From: Vulcanimicrobiota bacterium
GTDB taxonomy: Bacteria; Vulcanimicrobiota; Vulcanimicrobiia; Vulcanimicrobiales; Vulcanimicrobiaceae
Assembly: GCA_003133025.1 (NCBI GenBank)
Contig: PKZK01000199.1
Coordinates: 1-16,175 of the forward strand
DNA: 16,175 bases
Direction: 5' to 3'
Below, piece by piece: positions 14,143-16,175 of this stretch. The stretch's first letter is position 1. Each line of letters opens with the position of its first letter. The notes beneath the pieces were generated by a model. That model made no database searches and was not told where the DNA came from. It worked only from the letters and a program-made list of their open reading frames with translations. Made by a program: the position numbers and the translations under genes.

Positions 14143-16175
14143 CAGGCGGCCACGATGTTCAACAGGCGATCCGGAACGAAGATCTGTTTGCGCACGGTCT
14201 TTCCTTGCAGGTGGGCGGCGACGTTCGGATCGGCCAGGGCCAGTTTCGTGGCGTCGGATTCCGAAATCCCCGGCGCGACCGATAGGCGCGCGCGGATTTT
14301 TCCGTTGATCTGAACGACCAAATCCAGGAGCGATACGGCCAAAGCCTCAGGATCGAATGCGAGCCAGCGCTGGAGGTGTACGGATTCTGAATAGCCTGCG
14401 CGCTCCCATAGCTCCTCCGCAATGTGCGGCGCGAACGGGGCCAGCACCAGCGGCAGCGCGTGGATCGCGTAGAGCAGCGCCGGATCTTCGTCGGCCCCCG
14501 GCGTCTGGGCGAATTTGGTCATCGCGTTGACCAATTCGTCCAATCGGGCGAGGGTCGTGTTGTAGTGAAAACGGCGGGTGCTCGATTCTTCGGAGCCGGA
14601 TTTGAGTGCGGCGTGCAACGAGCGCACGATCTCGCGCTGCGCGTCGCCGCGCAGTTCGGGCAGCCGGTCGAGCGGCACGGCACGCGCCGCCGGCGCGAGC
14701 GTGGCCGACGCGCGCCACACGCGGTCGAGAAAGCGCACGCGGCCGGCGATGCCGTCGTCGGTCCACTCCATCGTGTCTTCGGGCGGCGTGGCCTTGAGCA
14801 AGAACATGCGCATCGCATCGACGCCGTGCTTGGTCACGGTCTCGTCGATGCCCACGACGTTGCCCTTGCTCTTGCTCATCTTCTCGCCGCCGCGCAAGAG
14901 GTTGCCCTGATTGAACAAGCGCGCGAACGGCTCGTCGGCGCCGCTCACCCAGCCCTTGTCGTGCAAGTACTTGTAGAAGAAGCGCGCGTAGAGCAGGTGC
15001 AACACCGCATGATCGGCGCCGCCGATGTATTGATCGACGTTCAGCCAGGGGTTGACGGTGGCGGGCTTCCAGGCAGCGGACTCGTCGTGCGGATCCAGAT
15101 AGCGCACGAAATACCAGGACGAGTCGAAGAACGTGTCCATCGTATCGGTCTCGCGGCGCGCCGGTCCGCCGCATTTCGGGCACGAAACCTCGTAGAACGC
15201 CGGATCGCGCGCCAGCGGCGAGCCTTCGCCCGTGATCGGCACGTTTGCGGGCAGCAGAACGGGCAGCGCGCTATCCGGCAGACCCTGTTCGCCGCAACGT
15301 TCGCAGTAGACGATCGGAATCGGCGTGCCCCAATAGCGTTGCCGCGAGACGAGCCAATCGCGAATGCGATAGTTGACCGTGCGTTCGCCGATGCCCAGGC
15401 CCGCGAGCCGGTCGGCGATGGCGGAGCGCGCGCGCCCCCCGCTCATGCCGGTGAAGTCGCCGCTGGCGATCAGGCGCCCGTCCTCGACGAACGCAGCCTC
15501 CAGCGGCGCGTCGCTCGGCGCGTGCGGATCCTCGATCACGCGCGCGATGGGCAGGCCGGCCCGCTGTGCGAATTCGAAGTCGCGCTCGTCGTGCGCGGGC
15601 ACGCCCATCACGGCGCCGGTGCCGTATTCGGCGAGCACGTAGTTCGTGACCCAGATGGGCACCCGTTCGTTCGAGAGCGGAACGCGCGCGTAGGCGCCCG
15701 TGAACACGCCGGACTTCTCCATCAGGCTCGTGCGCTCGAGTTCCGACTTGTTCTTCAAGCTCGCCGCGAACGCAGCGACGTGTGCGCGCCGCTCCGGATG
15801 ACGCGCAAGAATTTTCTCGACGAGCGGATGTTCCGCCGCGAGCGCGAGATAGGTGACGCCGAAGAGCGTGTCGACCCGGGTCGTGTACACCGAGACGCGG
15901 TCGCTCGCATCGAAACCGTCCACGTCGAACGAGAACGTGACGCCCTCGCTGCGCCCGATCCAATTGCGCTGCATCACGCGGATCTTTTCGGGCCAGCCGT
16001 CGAGCGCGTCGATGCTCGCGAGTAACCGATCGGCAAAGGCGGTGATCTTCAAGAACCACTGCGAGAGATTGCGCCGCTCCACGAGCGAATCGCAGCGCCA
16101 GCAACGCCCGTCGATCACCTGTTCGTTGGCCAGCACCGTGTGTTCCACCGGGTCCCAGTTGACCCAGCTTTCCTT
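14142..16175 (-). CDS. leuS: Leucine--tRNA ligase, C-terminal ~two thirds; 5' end lies beyond the right edge
   Basis: NWDPVEHTVLANEQV, MQRNWIGRSEG, CP1 motifs TTRVDT and YGTGAVMGVPAHDERD, SRQRYWGTPIP, RETDTMDTFFDSSWY, KMSKS, VQINGK. Confidence 0.98.
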   Translation of the reverse strand, partial: KESWVNWDPVEHTVLANEQVIDGRCWRCDSLVERRNLSQWFLKITAFADRLLASIDALDGWPEKIRVMQRNWIGRSEGVTFSFDVDGFDASDRVSVYTTRVDTLFGVTYLALAAEHPLVEKILARHPERRAHVAAFAASLKNKSELERTSLMEKSGVFTGAYARVPLSNERVPIWVTNYVLAEYGTGAVMGVPAHDERDFEFAQRAGLPIARVIEDPHAPSDAPLEAAFVEDGRLIASGDFTGMSGGRARSAIADRLAGLGIGERTVNYRIRDWLVSRQRYWGTPIPIVYCERCGEQGLPDSALPVLLPANVPITGEGSPLARDPAFYEVSCPKCGGPARRETDTMDTFFDSSWYFVRYLDPHDESAAWKPATVNPWLNVDQYIGGADHAVLHLLYARFFYKYLHDKGWVSGADEPFARLFNQGNLLRGGEKMSKSKGNVVGIDETVTKHGVDAMRMFLLKATPPEDTMEWTDDGIAGRVRFLDRVWRASATLAPAARAVPLDRLPELRGDAQREIVRSLHAALKSGSEESSTRRFHYNTTLARLDELVNAMTKFAQTPGADEDPALLYAIHALPLVLAPFAPHIAEELWERAGYSESVHLQRWLAFDPEALAVSLLDLVVQINGKIRARLSVAPGISESDATKLALADPNVAAHLQGKTVRKQIFVPDRLLNIVAA

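Overview
High-GC bacterial chromosomal window, mostly housekeeping and envelope genes. Left to right: 5' part of an AcrB-type RND transporter and its lipoprotein adaptor (-), osmC (+), a YbhB/YbcL protein, a small hypothetical membrane protein, a lipoprotein phosphoesterase and comEC (all -). Next comes a partly decayed accessory segment (~8.0-10.8 kb): Tat-exported alpha/beta hydrolase, short AraC regulator, an ABM-family monooxygenase broken by a stop at codon 4, and two divergent MmyB-like HTH regulator remnants around a repeat-rich spacer. The window ends with an NAD-dependent epimerase and 3-hydroxybutyrate dehydrogenase (+), a beta-lactamase-family serine hydrolase and the 3' part of leuS (-). 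I saw no tRNA, rRNA, CRISPR array or transposase. The most unusual signals are a >=115-aa Gly/Ser/Ala/Thr insertion in the RND periplasmic domain, three pseudogenes not represented as such in the ORF track, and four GTTAC repeats in 11-bp phase upstream of the hypothetical gene. I cannot support a clearly novel multi-gene system from sequence alone.
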